The translations under genes and the position numbers were made by a program. This document shows positions 14,683 to 26,554 of a stretch of 64,000 bases of DNA, piece after piece. The first letter of the stretch is position 1. Every line of letters starts with the position of its first letter. The stretch comes from Azolla caroliniana (lineage: Eukaryota > Plantae > Polypodiophyta): the NCBI GenBank assembly GCA_043228905.1, contig JBHGNT010000014.1, forward strand, positions 18,352,001-18,416,000. Direction: 5' to 3'. Under the pieces are notes generated by a model. The model was not told the origin of the DNA, did not search any database, and saw nothing but the letters and a program-made list of their open reading frames with translations.

Positions 14683-16524
14683 GCATTTCAAATCATGTGG
14701 ATTATATCCAAAGAATTTACTTGATGACATAACTAAGGAACATATATCCATACATATGGGCATTCTTACAGCCACGCATGCATACATATATGAGTGTATG
14801 CTATTTGTATGCCCATAGAAATATACAGATATACATACAAATGCACACTGCGTTGCATGTTATCCAATGATGTTGTATCCATTCATTGGCTTTTGCCTTT
14901 GTAAATATCATTGGGTTGTCTATCCCAATGCTTGACTTCATGAAGTCATTGATTGTCATTTTTTTATTGGTTTCACTTCTAAACAGATATCGATAATTAA
15001 CTAAGAGTGCTTGTGTCAAAAACCTTTTATCAGCATTGTTTTATTGGGTCAAAATGGTACATTCATGAAGTAATGCCATTTGAAGGCTCCATTTGGAAGA
15101 AAATATGGGGTTTAAATTATTGAAAGACCCAAGTTGATTATAAAGCCACGACATTATATGTGAGTTGGTTCTAGCGTAGTCCATAACCATATACGTATTT
15201 TGAATATAAAATAGTCAAGGCTCAACACAATGAAATGATGATTTTGTCATTATGCATGGTGACTCGCAAGTTGGCATAGTTAGATCCTTTTGTATCCCAC
15301 AACATTATGGCTATTAGTTTGATAAGTATGGAAGATTAATTAAGACTTGTGGTCTAACCTACTTAGAAGTTTTGATAAAGAACAATCCAATTTCTTTGAC
15401 TATGAACATTACTTGGTGCTCTTTCGCACTTATTGTGGAGAACACGATAATATCAAGGAAAAGTAAGGACTATGATTTGATGCATTAAAAGTGTGCATTG
15501 TCTCTTTGAGTTCTAGCAATGAACTACCTATTTGTTGAGCCTACTAAATACTAGATTTGAATAAAATTAACCAACACCTAGAGCAATAAAGTTGTGTTTC
15601 ACAGTATGAACCTGTCAAGTATGTAGATCAAACCTCATAATCATTGGGAATGTTTGTATGTTCCCAATTATCTACCTACAAATTAAATTTTAGGATGTAA
15701 CTAAAATACAATTAAGTACATATGAGTGGTCTCAAAAGTGAATTCTTCATCATTTTTACTTGAAAAGATAATAGTAAAAAAGTCTTCATTGGTAACGTAT
15801 AAATTTGAGGGGAAAACACAAATATGAGCATTCAATATATGAGTTATGAGGTTTACTTAAGCAAGGTAAATATAGGCAGGTTAAGATAATGCATGATTAC
15901 CCCCAATTGGCAAAATGTACTTCACTATTCCATGAGTGGATATTAAAGACTCGTGAGAGAAGAAACACACCCCATGGTTTGTAAGTTATAAATAGAATGT
16001 AAGAGTTAGAAGTTGATGAGAATGGAAATTTGTCCTCATGCTCCTTCGGTCTTATCCAATGTGGAGATGATTAAGTTTCAAAAGACGTAATCTCCATTAT
16101 TGGAGCGTCAATGGGTATTGTGCAGTTTGAAAAGGTGGTGTGACCCAAGTAAAAAAAGTTATTGGTTTGATGCCATACAATCGGCCCACAATGTTGCAAT
16201 TATAGTGGGAAGTTCGAGTGAAGGTGTGAAAATACAATACAATGTACATTACATTATGTTAAAAGAAATGCATTAAAATGCGATGTCTTATTTCCGTATG
16301 GACCCAAACGAGATACAAAAGTGGGTAGTGGAGTATGTCTCAACCGATTAATAATCATATAGGTTGGATCAAAGAACACAATGCACATCCAAGAAGGTTG
16401 AGGCTCCTATTTGTGAGACAATACTTCCAATGCAAAATCAAACGCATCAATTTCCTGGTGAAGTCTTTTCTTGGGTTAATGTGGATCAATAAAAGGCCAT
16501 AAGTAGGTGTTTGAAGTTGTAGAA

Positions 16525-16805
16525 ACCAATTACAAGATTCATGATAAGGAGCTTTTGGCCATAAAAGATACTTTTGAACAATGACGTCACCTCTTTGAGG
16601 GTTCTCCCCATCATATCATTATCTAGATGATAACAAAACCCCCACATATTTCTATTTCTAAAATTCTTTAGTGTTGTGTTAATAATAACCTCATTGGGCA
16701 CAATTTCTAATATGTTTTGATTTCTTTTGATCATATATCGGCTAGGGGTGCAACAAAGAAAATCAGATGCTCTATCTTGACAATACTATATGACACCACA
16801 GCCAA
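16525..16805 (+). pseudogene. Decayed Ty3/gypsy chromovirus pol fragment (RNase H region)
   Basis: Translates to [28 protein letters not shown]...YRLGVQQRKSDALS*QYYMTPQP. This is homologous to the intact element's [29 protein letters not shown]...[23 protein letters not shown]. Confidence 0.85.
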
Positions 16806-16861
16806 TGTCGAGATCAAATGTAAATTTACATGATGAGAGTGCCATTAACTCAAGCATAAAA

Positions 16862-17051
16862 CGTAATATTCGCATTCTTTTGCTCAAACAGTTATTTTCA
16901 TACATTTGCAAACGAATGTGTATGTTACGAAAACATAATTATTTTTATTCTCACTTTTTTACTTTATAGTAAATAATGAATACAACAGTATGGTATTTTA
17001 CCATACTTCGAGGGTGTTTACCATACTCGAATGTGAATGCATGTATGGTAC
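16862..17051 (+). repeat. Dispersed repeat copy 1 (inverted relative to 32761-32988; MITE/TIR-like family)
   Basis: aatgaatacaacagtatggtattttaccatacttcgagggtgtttaccatactcgaatg...atgcatgtatggtac matches the reverse complement of 32761-32950. Confidence 0.75.
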
Positions 17052-17425
17052 TTATGGTTCATACTATGAACTCAAGTATGTCTAACACATTACAATATTA
17101 GGGCAATCCATACTCAAGTTCTCACGTTGATCAAAATCTATTCACATTTGACAATAGGGTTATAGCGCACATTGATCATGAACATTAACATTACCATTTA
17201 TAGGAATTTGGATTATTATAAATATTCTCAATGTTCATATTGCGCATAAAATGGTTCAAGGCAACTCGTCAAGGGTTAAATAAAAAATACGAAATTCATA
17301 CAAATGGTTTCTTTGTTATTAAAATCATTAAACATTGGATAAGTATGAAGCACATGTGTTTCTCGTGCAATGTGATCATGTTGCATTTTCCCAAAGTGAC
17401 GTGGATCCAAACTAGTGATATGCTT

Positions 17426-17569
17426 TTAAAATACAGTGCAAATTACAATCAACATGGTCTTGATTAGGAATAAGCAATGGTTTGGTTTCGTTCAGTTTGA
17501 GAGTTTTCAAGCTTGAACCAAACCGATTCCTAATCAAGACCATGCCGATTAATTTGCTCTATATTTTAA
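17426..17569. repeat. ~145-bp foldback/palindrome (MITE-like or hairpin RNA)
   Basis: The left arm ttaaaatacagtgcaaatt..catggtcttgattaggaat..ggtttggtt pairs with the right arm aaccaaacc.attcctaatcaagaccatg..aatttgctctatattttaa. Confidence 0.85.
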
Positions 17570-17577
17570 CCAATTTG

Positions 17578-17626
<49 letters not shown>

Positions 17627-17629
<3 letters not shown>

Positions 17630-17787
17630 AATTGGCTTACCCTAGTGGTAAGTTGTTAACACTACAAGCACTACTCTGTCTTGGGTTCGAAACCCAATTT
17701 TCTCACCTCTCTATTATATACTTCATATATATCTTTTCTTTCACTAGATGCCATTGTGGAATGTAGGGGTTGAACCCATGACCACCT

Positions 17788-17788
<1 letters not shown>
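17627..17788. mobile_element. tRNA-derived (SINE-like) insert between two (CT)n tracts
   Basis: On + there is an A-box TACCCTAGTGG (17638-17648) and a perfect T-arm TTGGG-TTCGAAA-CCCAA (17681-17697). On - there is a second T-loop-like GGTCATGGGTTCAACCCC at the right end. No intact cloverleaf is visible. Confidence 0.6.
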
Positions 17789-17821
<33 letters not shown>

Positions 17822-17824
<3 letters not shown>

Positions 17825-17904
17825 TTGTGCGTGTCATCCTTGCGCAGGGGCATGCTAATCTTCTATGTATCGTTCCAATTTTTATCAGATGTCCCCGAAG
17901 GGAC
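17822..17904 (-). pseudogene. U6: U6 snRNA retrocopy, 3'-truncated (~nt 1-84)
   Basis: The reverse complement reads GTCCCTTCGGGGACATCTGATAAAAATTGGAACGATACATAGAAGATTAGCATGCCCCTGCGCAAGGATGACACGCACAAAT, which matches plant U6. The ACAGAGA box is mutated to ACATAGA, there is no upstream USE/TATA and no oligo-T terminator, and (GA)n lies on both sides. Confidence 0.95.
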
Positions 17905-17921
17905 CTCTCTCTCTCTCTCTC

Positions 17922-19523
17922 GGTAAAAGCACACAATTGTATTATTTGTATGTAAAATCCACTTAGTTACAACACTTCTTAGCCTCCTCTACCTATCATA
18001 TGCCTATGTAGGGAGATGGACGTTCTGCCTATGTAGGGAGAGGAAATTATCCCCACATGCTCTAAGATCCAAAAATTCCACATGAGAATACCTTTAAGCT
18101 TCTTTATATAGGCTTTCACCCCATGTCTATTATCAAACATGAAAGCATTACGCATATTCCAATTGTGTTATTGACCCCAATAACGCAAAAATTGGAACAA
18201 TATCTCCATCTCATCATTTGAACCATTTTGAACATATTGAGAAAAAACCCATTTTTAAGGTCTCAAACAACAACGGGTTAAAAAGTCTTGCCAAATGTCC
18301 GATAAGTACTTCCAAATGGTACACGCTATAGGACATTAAATAAACCTATGTGTACTATCCTCCAATGGAACGGTGCAAAAGAAACAAGTACCGGACCCCA
18401 CTACTCGTCTCTTTAAGGTTGAACCTAATGGGAGCCCACCAATCATGACTCTCCATATGAATACCTTTGCACGAAATGGTAGATGGGAATGCCAACTACG
18501 TTATAATATTTTCCACCACCTTGCATATGACTTACATACATTCCACAACTTCGCTACTTTAGGAGATAGCCAAGATAATGATGTCATCGCATGATGATAC
18601 AATATATTTGTAGTGACCTGTAACAAGCGTGTATCATCTGCAAAATTTGTTTTCAATGGCCGCAAAGATCCTTGCAACAATGGTATATCTTGTAATTTCT
18701 CCCAAATAAATCCATAATTTGAGGGAATACATAACCATCACTTGGCATCTTCAAAATCCGACAACCTTTGAGATTTATTATCAACCACATCTTCTAAATG
18801 TACAATCCCCAATCAAAGTAAATGATTGAATTGAGATCTCAACTTCTCTTTCCCATGCCAAAACAACACTCGAGAAGAAACAAGCAATTCATTTTGTAAT
18901 GAATTACAATATTCTCGATCACTTGATGGCCCCCACTCAAAAAGAGATGATGCATCTTGCCACGACCTTATCAAATGTTGTCCACATACAGAATGTCGAA
19001 TCTTTAGAAGAATACTTCCATTGAGTAATGACCACCATGATGCTTGAATCTTTGTTTTCCCATGCACCAATCCTTCATGCTCAATAAAATATTGCGTCAT
19101 AGATATCCATGGTTGATCTTGTTGACATATATCTCGTAATAATGCAAATCTACGAGCCATCAAATGTCTTTCCAAATCCAATATTGCTACACCACCTAAC
19201 CTTTTAGGAGTAGCCAAATGGTCCCATGAAATCCATGTAACTCTCATAATTTCTCCCTTCCGCCACAACATGAACCGAATAGGTTGTAACATGTTTTGTA
19301 ATGCCTTCTTAGTCCAAGGTAGTAAAGGCAAAAAATATAATAACATGGGCATCAAGATACATTGCACCACTTTGAGTCGTACATGAAAGGGTCATAATTG
19401 AGACTTCCAATACATAAATTTGTCCTTCAATTTACTACTAATCCAATCAATGAATTGAACATTTGTAACATCAACACCCAATGGATAACCCAAATGTCGA
19501 TAAATTGATCCTCATGTTATCAT

Positions 19524-19526
<3 letters not shown>
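17922..19526 (-). mobile_element. 5'-truncated, decayed L1-like LINE (subfamily B; ORF2 C-terminal part and 3' end)
   Basis: Reads IYRHLGYPLGVD..KFMYWKSQ..LKVVQCILMPMLLYFLPLLPWTKKAL..WDHLATPKRLGGVAILDL and a zf-RVT-like WRVIIGGLPLG..C.FC region. It is paralogous to 19686-21300, contains stops and frameshifts, and has (CT)n at 17905-17921 and 19527-19574. Confidence 0.88.
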
Positions 19527-19577
<51 letters not shown>

Positions 19578-19685
19578 GTAAATAATGGCTTTCATTACGA
19601 AAGAAAAAACACCGCCATGACTAACTTACAACAAACTATAGAACCCCTTCTATCTAGGGATCTAAAGAAAACTATGACACCAAAC

Positions 19686-22600
19686 TCAATGCCACCCTAC
19701 ACACCAATTCAAATGGCGAATATGATGATATGTGACCTTGCAGAGTTCTCTCTCTTCCTGGTTGAGATTTCGTGACTTCTCTAGCACTGTCAATTGCCAT
19801 AAAAGAAGTCCTTTCAACTTTAGAACATATTTTCTCACCCTCACTTGCGAATAAAAAATGAAGGCATTCCGCATATTCCAATTGAACCATAGCCCCCAAT
19901 ACCTCAAGAACTCAAAAATAATTTGAGAATGAGGCGTTGGTTCATTGTTCTCCATATGTGCAAAAACCCAATTAAAGGAAGATAGACGTACTCCGGTTAG
20001 AGACATCCACACTAAACTGATACACCTCCAAACCATCCTTGCCATCGAGCAGGAAATAAATCGATGCCTACTATGTTCCAATTCTACCGAACAAAAGAAA
20101 CACAATCCTTTAGTAATGTTTCTGTTTTTTTAATGCATCCCCCAATGGTAAAGCTCCAATCATAACTCTCCAAACAAATACCTTGGCCCGTAGCATTAAT
20201 CGAGAACACCAACCTACCTTGATCACATGAAGCCACCAAGTAATGGGCTTATGAAACCCCCATATCTTTATAACCCTTTCTTCCAACCACTTATGTTTGT
20301 TAATCAATGTGTGATAAGCAACATTTGTTGAGATCATAGTCAATCTCTTATTTCCAACAAACCTCCAATCAAGCTCTTGAGATCGCCCATCTAAATAAGG
20401 AATTGGCTCATACGAAGATAGTATTTGTTGCAACTTATCCCAAATAAAGGTATAAACTTATGGAATGTGAAATGTTGATCTGATTGTTCAAAAAGCCATT
20501 AATCTTCTTTGTGACACCAATATAGCATCCTTAATTGTTACCAAACCCAATCTAGCCATCTGATTAAATTGAAGGTTAAAAATTTGCTTACCTTCCCACT
20601 TCAACAACCTTGATGTCGCCAAAACCTCCATTTGTAATGAATTGGCACATCCCCTTTCTTGTGGGGGATACCATTCTACAAAATCTAACATACTTTGCCA
20701 TAATGTCAACAAATGATCAGCTATCATAGACCTTGCACATTTGACATCCCTATCAGAATTAATTACATTCCACCAATTTGCTTCAACCTTCATGTTTCCA
20801 AGCTTTATTCCGTTCTTCTCTATAAAGTATGACACCATTTCTGTCCAAGGTTGTACACCTTCAAACATAAATTGAATGAAAGTAAATCGGCGAGCCACCA
20901 TATGCTCATATAGATTTAATATTGATGCCCCGCCAAGACGCTTCGGAGTACAAACATGATCCCATGCCAACCACGACAAGGCACTTTTCCCTTTTCTTTT
21001 CCATAACAACATTCACATCAAGCGTGTCAATATTTCAAGAGCTTTCTTTGACCATGGGAGCAAAGGAAGATAATAAGAGACCATAATCGATTGGACCACC
21101 TTAAGTCGTACATGAAAAGGCCAAATTTGAGACCTCCAATACATAAACTTATCCTCCAACCTTTTGGACACCCACTCAATAAGTTTCACATGAGAAACTT
21201 CCACCCCAATTGGATATCCAAGGTGACGAAAAATCATACCACGATGTACTATCCTTCCTGACCACCCCAACCCCAACACATCTTGTTTTGTACATGAAAT
21301 GAGGACAAATTTATGTATATTAATTCTCAACCCTAAAGCATTTGAAAACAATTCCCACACATCTCTTGTCTTACTAATATTTTCCCGATTAGGTGCCAAA
21401 AACATAATATGGTCATCTACTAGAGCTTGAACAATACATGGCTTCCCTGATGGCAACCTTAGTCCAAGCAATTCTTCCTCCATAGCCATATTGTGTAACT
21501 TAACAAGAATAGGATGTGTCACAATAGTGAATAGTAAAGGACTTACCGGGCATCCTTGTCTAACTGACCTCCGAATAGAAATCAGTTGTGTTACTCCTCC
21601 ATTAAACATCACATGTGAAACCGAACCCTCCCCTAATGTGTATATCAACTTGGACATACGATCACTAAAACCCATATGAGACATCAATTGATTTATAAAC
21701 GACCAATCCACATTATCATAGGCTTTCTCGATATCCAATTGTAGCAACACCAATTCTTGCTTTGAATCCTTTGCATAGTCAATTGTCATTTGAACATTTA
21801 AAATATTAAGTAAAATGTCTCTTTTTGCTAAAAACCCATATTGAGCATTATGAATAATAGAAGGTAAAACCTTATGCAACCTATTGGCTATCACTTTTGC
21901 AAAAATCTTGTACATTCCCCCCATCAATGAAATAGGCCTCCATTGAGCAAAGGAAGATGGAGAAGGCACCTTCAGCAAAAGTTTCATCAAACCAATCTTC
22001 CAAGAATGAGGCATTTCCCCTGATGTCCACACCTTCTAAAATAAAACCGTAAAAGGCCCCTTTAACTTAATCACATATTTCTTAAAGAGTTCATTTGTTA
22101 ATCCATCCCACCTAGGACTCTTATCATTAGCAAGATGTGACATGACATGTTCCACCTCATCCTCTGAAATATTAGCATCTAATGATTGTGCCACATCATG
22201 CGATACATGATTTTTCACTCCATTAAAAAATACATCTCTATCCTTTTTAACATTATCATCGATACAAACTTGTACATCCAACAATTGTGTATAATAGTCT
22301 ATGCATTTCTTCACAATTTCTTGAGGATCGGAACACGTGATACCATTTTCCTCTAACCTTACCACATTATGTCGTGCATGTGATTCATGAAGTTCATGAA
22401 AAAACTTATGTGATTGACAATTAGCATCATCCACTTCTTGTCCTAGACGATGTAGTCTAGTATGTTGATATTTTTTTCTCGTTAGATCATGCATCGCAGA
22501 AATTAATACCTCTTGATATCCCAACAACTCTACATCCGTTGGCCAATAAGTTAACAATGAGTTGCATTTATCAAGCAAATTAACTAGGAGACTTAATTTC

Positions 22601-23529
22601 TTTCTCCTTTTAAAAGCATGGTGAATTCCATAATACCTAGTTAACCTCTAAACATTTGCAATAAATACTTCCCACGCTTCATACCCATCAAATTGAACAA
22701 GATAGGCAAATGCATCAATCAATTGACACATATAGGCATGGAAGACCTCATGATCCAAAAATGATGAATTAAAAATCAACATTGGTTTTCCTAAAAACTC
22801 ATGAAAACCTCTAATTGAGTGGTGAGTGAATTCAAAAATTAATGGGAAATTATCTGATATAATTGACACATAAGACACTGAAATATCCAAAATCTCTGGT
22901 AAAAATCCTTCGGTATGCATTACATACATTCGATCCAACCTACTCCAAGTATCCTTATATTGAGCCGATCGAAAGGTATAACTAGGTTCATCTCCCTTAA
23001 TCCACGTCCATACATCCCTTAACATGATTTCAGTCTCAAAATCTCCCCATTCTTGAGCCTCTGGTCCATCCATAATAGAGTGGATGGATGTTAATTGATT
23101 TGTCTCATAACAAACATTAAAATCTCTCATCAATAAACCGGGTCTACCATTATCAAGCATCGAGGTCAGAGATCTCCATAACAACTTTTGTTCTTGTGAA
23201 ACATTCGATGCATACACACCAACTAACCAAAGAACTTGCCCTTCATAACATATCTCTACCACAATAAATCTTCCAAATTCATTTGAAACAATTACTTTTG
23301 GGTGAAATTTATCTCTTATAAACATGACAATCCCAGAATAATCCCCATGAACCTTGCCAACATAACATAATGTATAACCCTTAGAACAACTAATTAAACC
23401 AGCATTACGATGATCTTTATGCTCTACTGCACATAAAACATCCCATTGCTCACTTAACACAATCCTCCAAACCTCATGCATTCTAAATCTAGAACACAAA
23501 CCCCTCACATTCCATGTGGTGATCTTCAT
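19686..23529 (-). pseudogene. LINE ORF2: AP endonuclease + reverse transcriptase + zf-RVT, broken by stops and frameshifts
   Basis: EN motifs MKITTWNVRGL, WLVGVYAS, DFNV, WSRLDRMYV, SDNFP. RT motifs KSPRWDGLTNE, WRPISL, QLDIEKAYD, RQGCPVSP, ALVDD, RHLGYP. C-terminal KVFVWRV and CFFCSVELEHSRHRFISC. Confidence 0.92.
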
Positions 23530-24836
23530 ACTTTATTTTTTCCTTTTATTCGCGAAATCTCCTTCTCCTTCACCGCTAATGTTTCTGCCATATCCTGAAA
23601 TAAATCCCCTAAGATTGCATAGGAATTACTATGAGAGTGCAAAACTCCAGACCCTCATGGCTCCTCATGTGAACGAGGCACCGATTTCCGTTTATTCCAA
23701 GGAACATACAAATTACCTTTATTATCAAAAGATAATTTCTTTGGATAGTCCTCTTGACGAGCCCATGGTTTATTCTGCATGGGATTTGTTTGTTGAATCT
23801 GTGTGCCCTTCTCCATAGATACATTATGTCCAACATTCTTATTAGACTTCTTCACCTCTTTCCAAAAACTATTGACCATTGTCCTTCGACCTCTAGGGTC
23901 TTTCCATCCTTCTCATTCACAATTTGTGGTTCTTTTGTTTGCTCTGAAATTGTCAAAGTTTGAATCTGATCACGATTTGTAGGCTCTTCATGTACCACCT
24001 CCACTACATTATTTCTTTTTTTAGGACACTCAACCATAAAATGCCCCAACACACCACAATGGAAACAATGTCCTGCAAATGTACCCCATTTAAGCCGAAA
24101 ATACATAGGTGGCATACCAAAGCATAAATCTGTAAACAACTTGGCCTCTTTATAGCAGTATTCTAAAGAATACACATCCGATATTGATTTTGAGCATTAG
24201 CACTAGGAGGCACCAAGATCTTTCCCAACTTTTCCATTGTGGACCGTAATATTGGCCAAACCACTAAATATGTGCACTCTACCTCAACCCATACGGGACA
24301 CTCTTGCTTTAATATATCTTGGTATTCCACTAGTGGCCTCCACGGAACAATATGAACCAAACTTTTTTCATAAAAAACTGGCAATTTATTTAGTAATTTC
24401 TCTTTATACTCTTTTGATACCAAAACAACCTCATAAAATCCACGAGGACCGGCATAAACATCCTGAACACGATCAACTTGTAAAATCCCACGTAACCATT
24501 GTTTGACCCTCCAAAGGAAAGGTATCTTCCCCGTGAAAAATAATATGACCCCTTTATCACAGAAATTAGCAAATGAGCCCAAAAACCCCTTCTTATCAAT
24601 TTCTACCTTAGCCACTTCATTGTCAACAAACTCCTCAACAACTTTCACATTCTCCCTTATACAATCTTCCATTAATATATTTGCCATGCATCTTAAATGT
24701 TCCCAATGACTATCATCTTTCTCAATATCATCTTGTCGCATTGCATCAGCATAAGACATGTCATTACTATTATCTCCAATACATCGTTTTCTTTTACCAT
24801 CCCCTCTTGGGCTCGAAACTAACTCAATCATGTATG

Positions 24837-25126
24837 TGTCATAACTAGACTCGAACCCATAACCTTTTGTTACACGGGTCGAGACTTTACCATTAGGTTA
24901 TGAGTTGTAATTTGAAGGATATTATTTTCATTTAGGTTTTATTAGGAAATTGATGTATATTCCAGATTTCTCTGGAACATTCTAGAAACTTCAGGAGTAT
25001 TCCTGAAGACACTATAAAAGGAGGCGCAAGGCATTAGTTCGAACCAAATCGGTTCAACGCCAGTCTTAAGCCTTCTAACTACTGTTGTATATCTTCCGTC
25101 ATATAATACATATATCTTTCGCATCA

Positions 25127-25164
<38 letters not shown>

Positions 25165-25297
25165 ACTCATTCCTTCTCTCAAAGTTCGACACCTCTCATA
25201 GTACTAATCCTTCTCTGTCTTAGTACTATTCCCCAACAATAGTACTAATCCTTCTTTTAGTACTAATTCCTTCTCTGCCTTAATAGAGTTCCTGACA
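24837..25297 (+). repeat. 5' LTR
   Basis: TG...CA termini, direct repeat of 30131-30591, TATAAAA at 25013-25019, internal (CT)n, and TAGTACTAATCCTTCT repeats in U5. Confidence 0.97.
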
Positions 25298-25299
25298 GT

Positions 25300-25311
25300 T
25301 TGAACCGATTT
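25300..25311 (+). promoter_or_regulatory. Primer-binding site, self-priming type
   Basis: TTGAACCGATTT lies 2 nt after the LTR and is the exact reverse complement of LTR 25046-25057 (AAATCGGTTCAA). There is no TGG tRNA-CCA complement. Confidence 0.85.
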
Positions 25312-25384
25312 CCCTACTAGTCTCCCTCTTCCTTCTGTCTCTCTCCTTTCCTACTAGTCTCTTATTTCCCTTTTCCTTCATCCC

Positions 25385-26554
25385 ATGGCCACCGTTAGCG
25401 CTGAAGAGTATCAATCCGTTTTCTCGGAATTTCAATGCTTGAAAGAGAAGTTTCATGCTTTGGAACAAGAAAATCAACGCTTGTTGGGGGATCTTCAGCA
25501 AATTTCCTTAGAAAAGCAGCAAACGCAACAACAGCATGGGGAACTTGCGTTACGCGTGCAACAACTCGAAGCAACCATCGTAGCAATGCAACAACAAGGG
25601 CACGGAGCACAAGGGATTCATAAAGAACCCAAGATTGGCCTTCCCACGAAGTTCGATGGAACGCGATCGCAGTTTAGAGGGTTTCTTAACCAGGTACGGT
25701 TAGTTATTCAAATGCATCCGTCCCGATATCCCACCGATGCATCACGAGTGGGTTTAGTAGGCACGTTGTTAAATGGCTCAGCATTAGCATGGTTCGCTCC
25801 GCTACTAGAAAAGGAATCTCCAGTACTAAATAATTTTGAAGAATTCATAAGTGAGTTTAAAGCATGTTTTGGAGATACTGACAGCATAAGGACTGCAATC
25901 AACAAAATCCGGCGATTACGCCAAGGTGACCGTCCAGCCTCCGCATATGCTGCAGATTTCCGCCTACTCGCCGCCGATATCCCCTGGGATGATCAAGCAT
26001 TGATGGAGCAGTTCCGCTATGGTCTACGCAACGATGTCAAGGATTTACTCTTGACTTTCCCTGAAGAGCCAAAATCATTAACAGAAGCAATCAGTCGGGC
26101 GGTCAGATGTGACAACCGCCTCTTCGAGCGACGTTCGGAACGACAATTTCAGATGCCGAGGGCAAGATCCGAGCCTACCTATGCCTCAATGGTAGCGAAA
26201 CCTTTTCAAAGGGAGTCACATAATGCGCCTCCAGTAAGTACTCCAACTCCAATGGAAATTGACACTACACGTCGTCGTGGGCCGCTATCGGAGGAGGAAA
26301 AGCAACGACGCCGAACAAACCGATTATGCCTTTATTGCGGTGGACCAGGGCATATCGCGATAAACTGTCCCCATAGACCAAGAAGGCAGGTAAACCAAGT
26401 CATTGTTAGTTCTGACTATACTAAACCCGAGTCTATGTCAGTAGGAATCTCTGATAATCCTCATAGTCATAATAGTCCTAATAGTACTAATAGTCCGAAT
26501 CTCGCAAACAAATTTGATGTCCTTAGCCAATTAGAAGAAGAGTTAAACGACTAA
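25385..26554 (+). CDS. gag: Gag (coiled-coil N-terminus, retrotransposon capsid, CCHC knuckle)
   Basis: PTKFDGTRSQFRGFL, LRQGDRPASAYAADFR, QFRYGLRNDVKD, PMEID, CLYCGGPGHIAINC. Confidence 0.95.
   Translation: MATVSAEEYQSVFSEFQCLKEKFHALEQENQRLLGDLQQISLEKQQTQQQHGELALRVQQLEATIVAMQQQGHGAQGIHKEPKIGLPTKFDGTRSQFRGFLNQVRLVIQMHPSRYPTDASRVGLVGTLLNGSALAWFAPLLEKESPVLNNFEEFISEFKACFGDTDSIRTAINKIRRLRQGDRPASAYAADFRLLAADIPWDDQALMEQFRYGLRNDVKDLLLTFPEEPKSLTEAISRAVRCDNRLFERRSERQFQMPRARSEPTYASMVAKPFQRESHNAPPVSTPTPMEIDTTRRRGPLSEEEKQRRRTNRLCLYCGGPGHIAINCPHRPRRQVNQVIVSSDYTKPESMSVGISDNPHSHNSPNSTNSPNLANKFDVLSQLEEELND

Noticed and set aside
15250-16480. Possible further decayed retroelement sequence
   Set aside because: Only vague motif hints; no alignable domain by eye.
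17822-17904. Functional U6 gene
   Set aside because: The 3' end is missing, the ACAGAGA box is mutated, and there is no USE/TATA or terminator.
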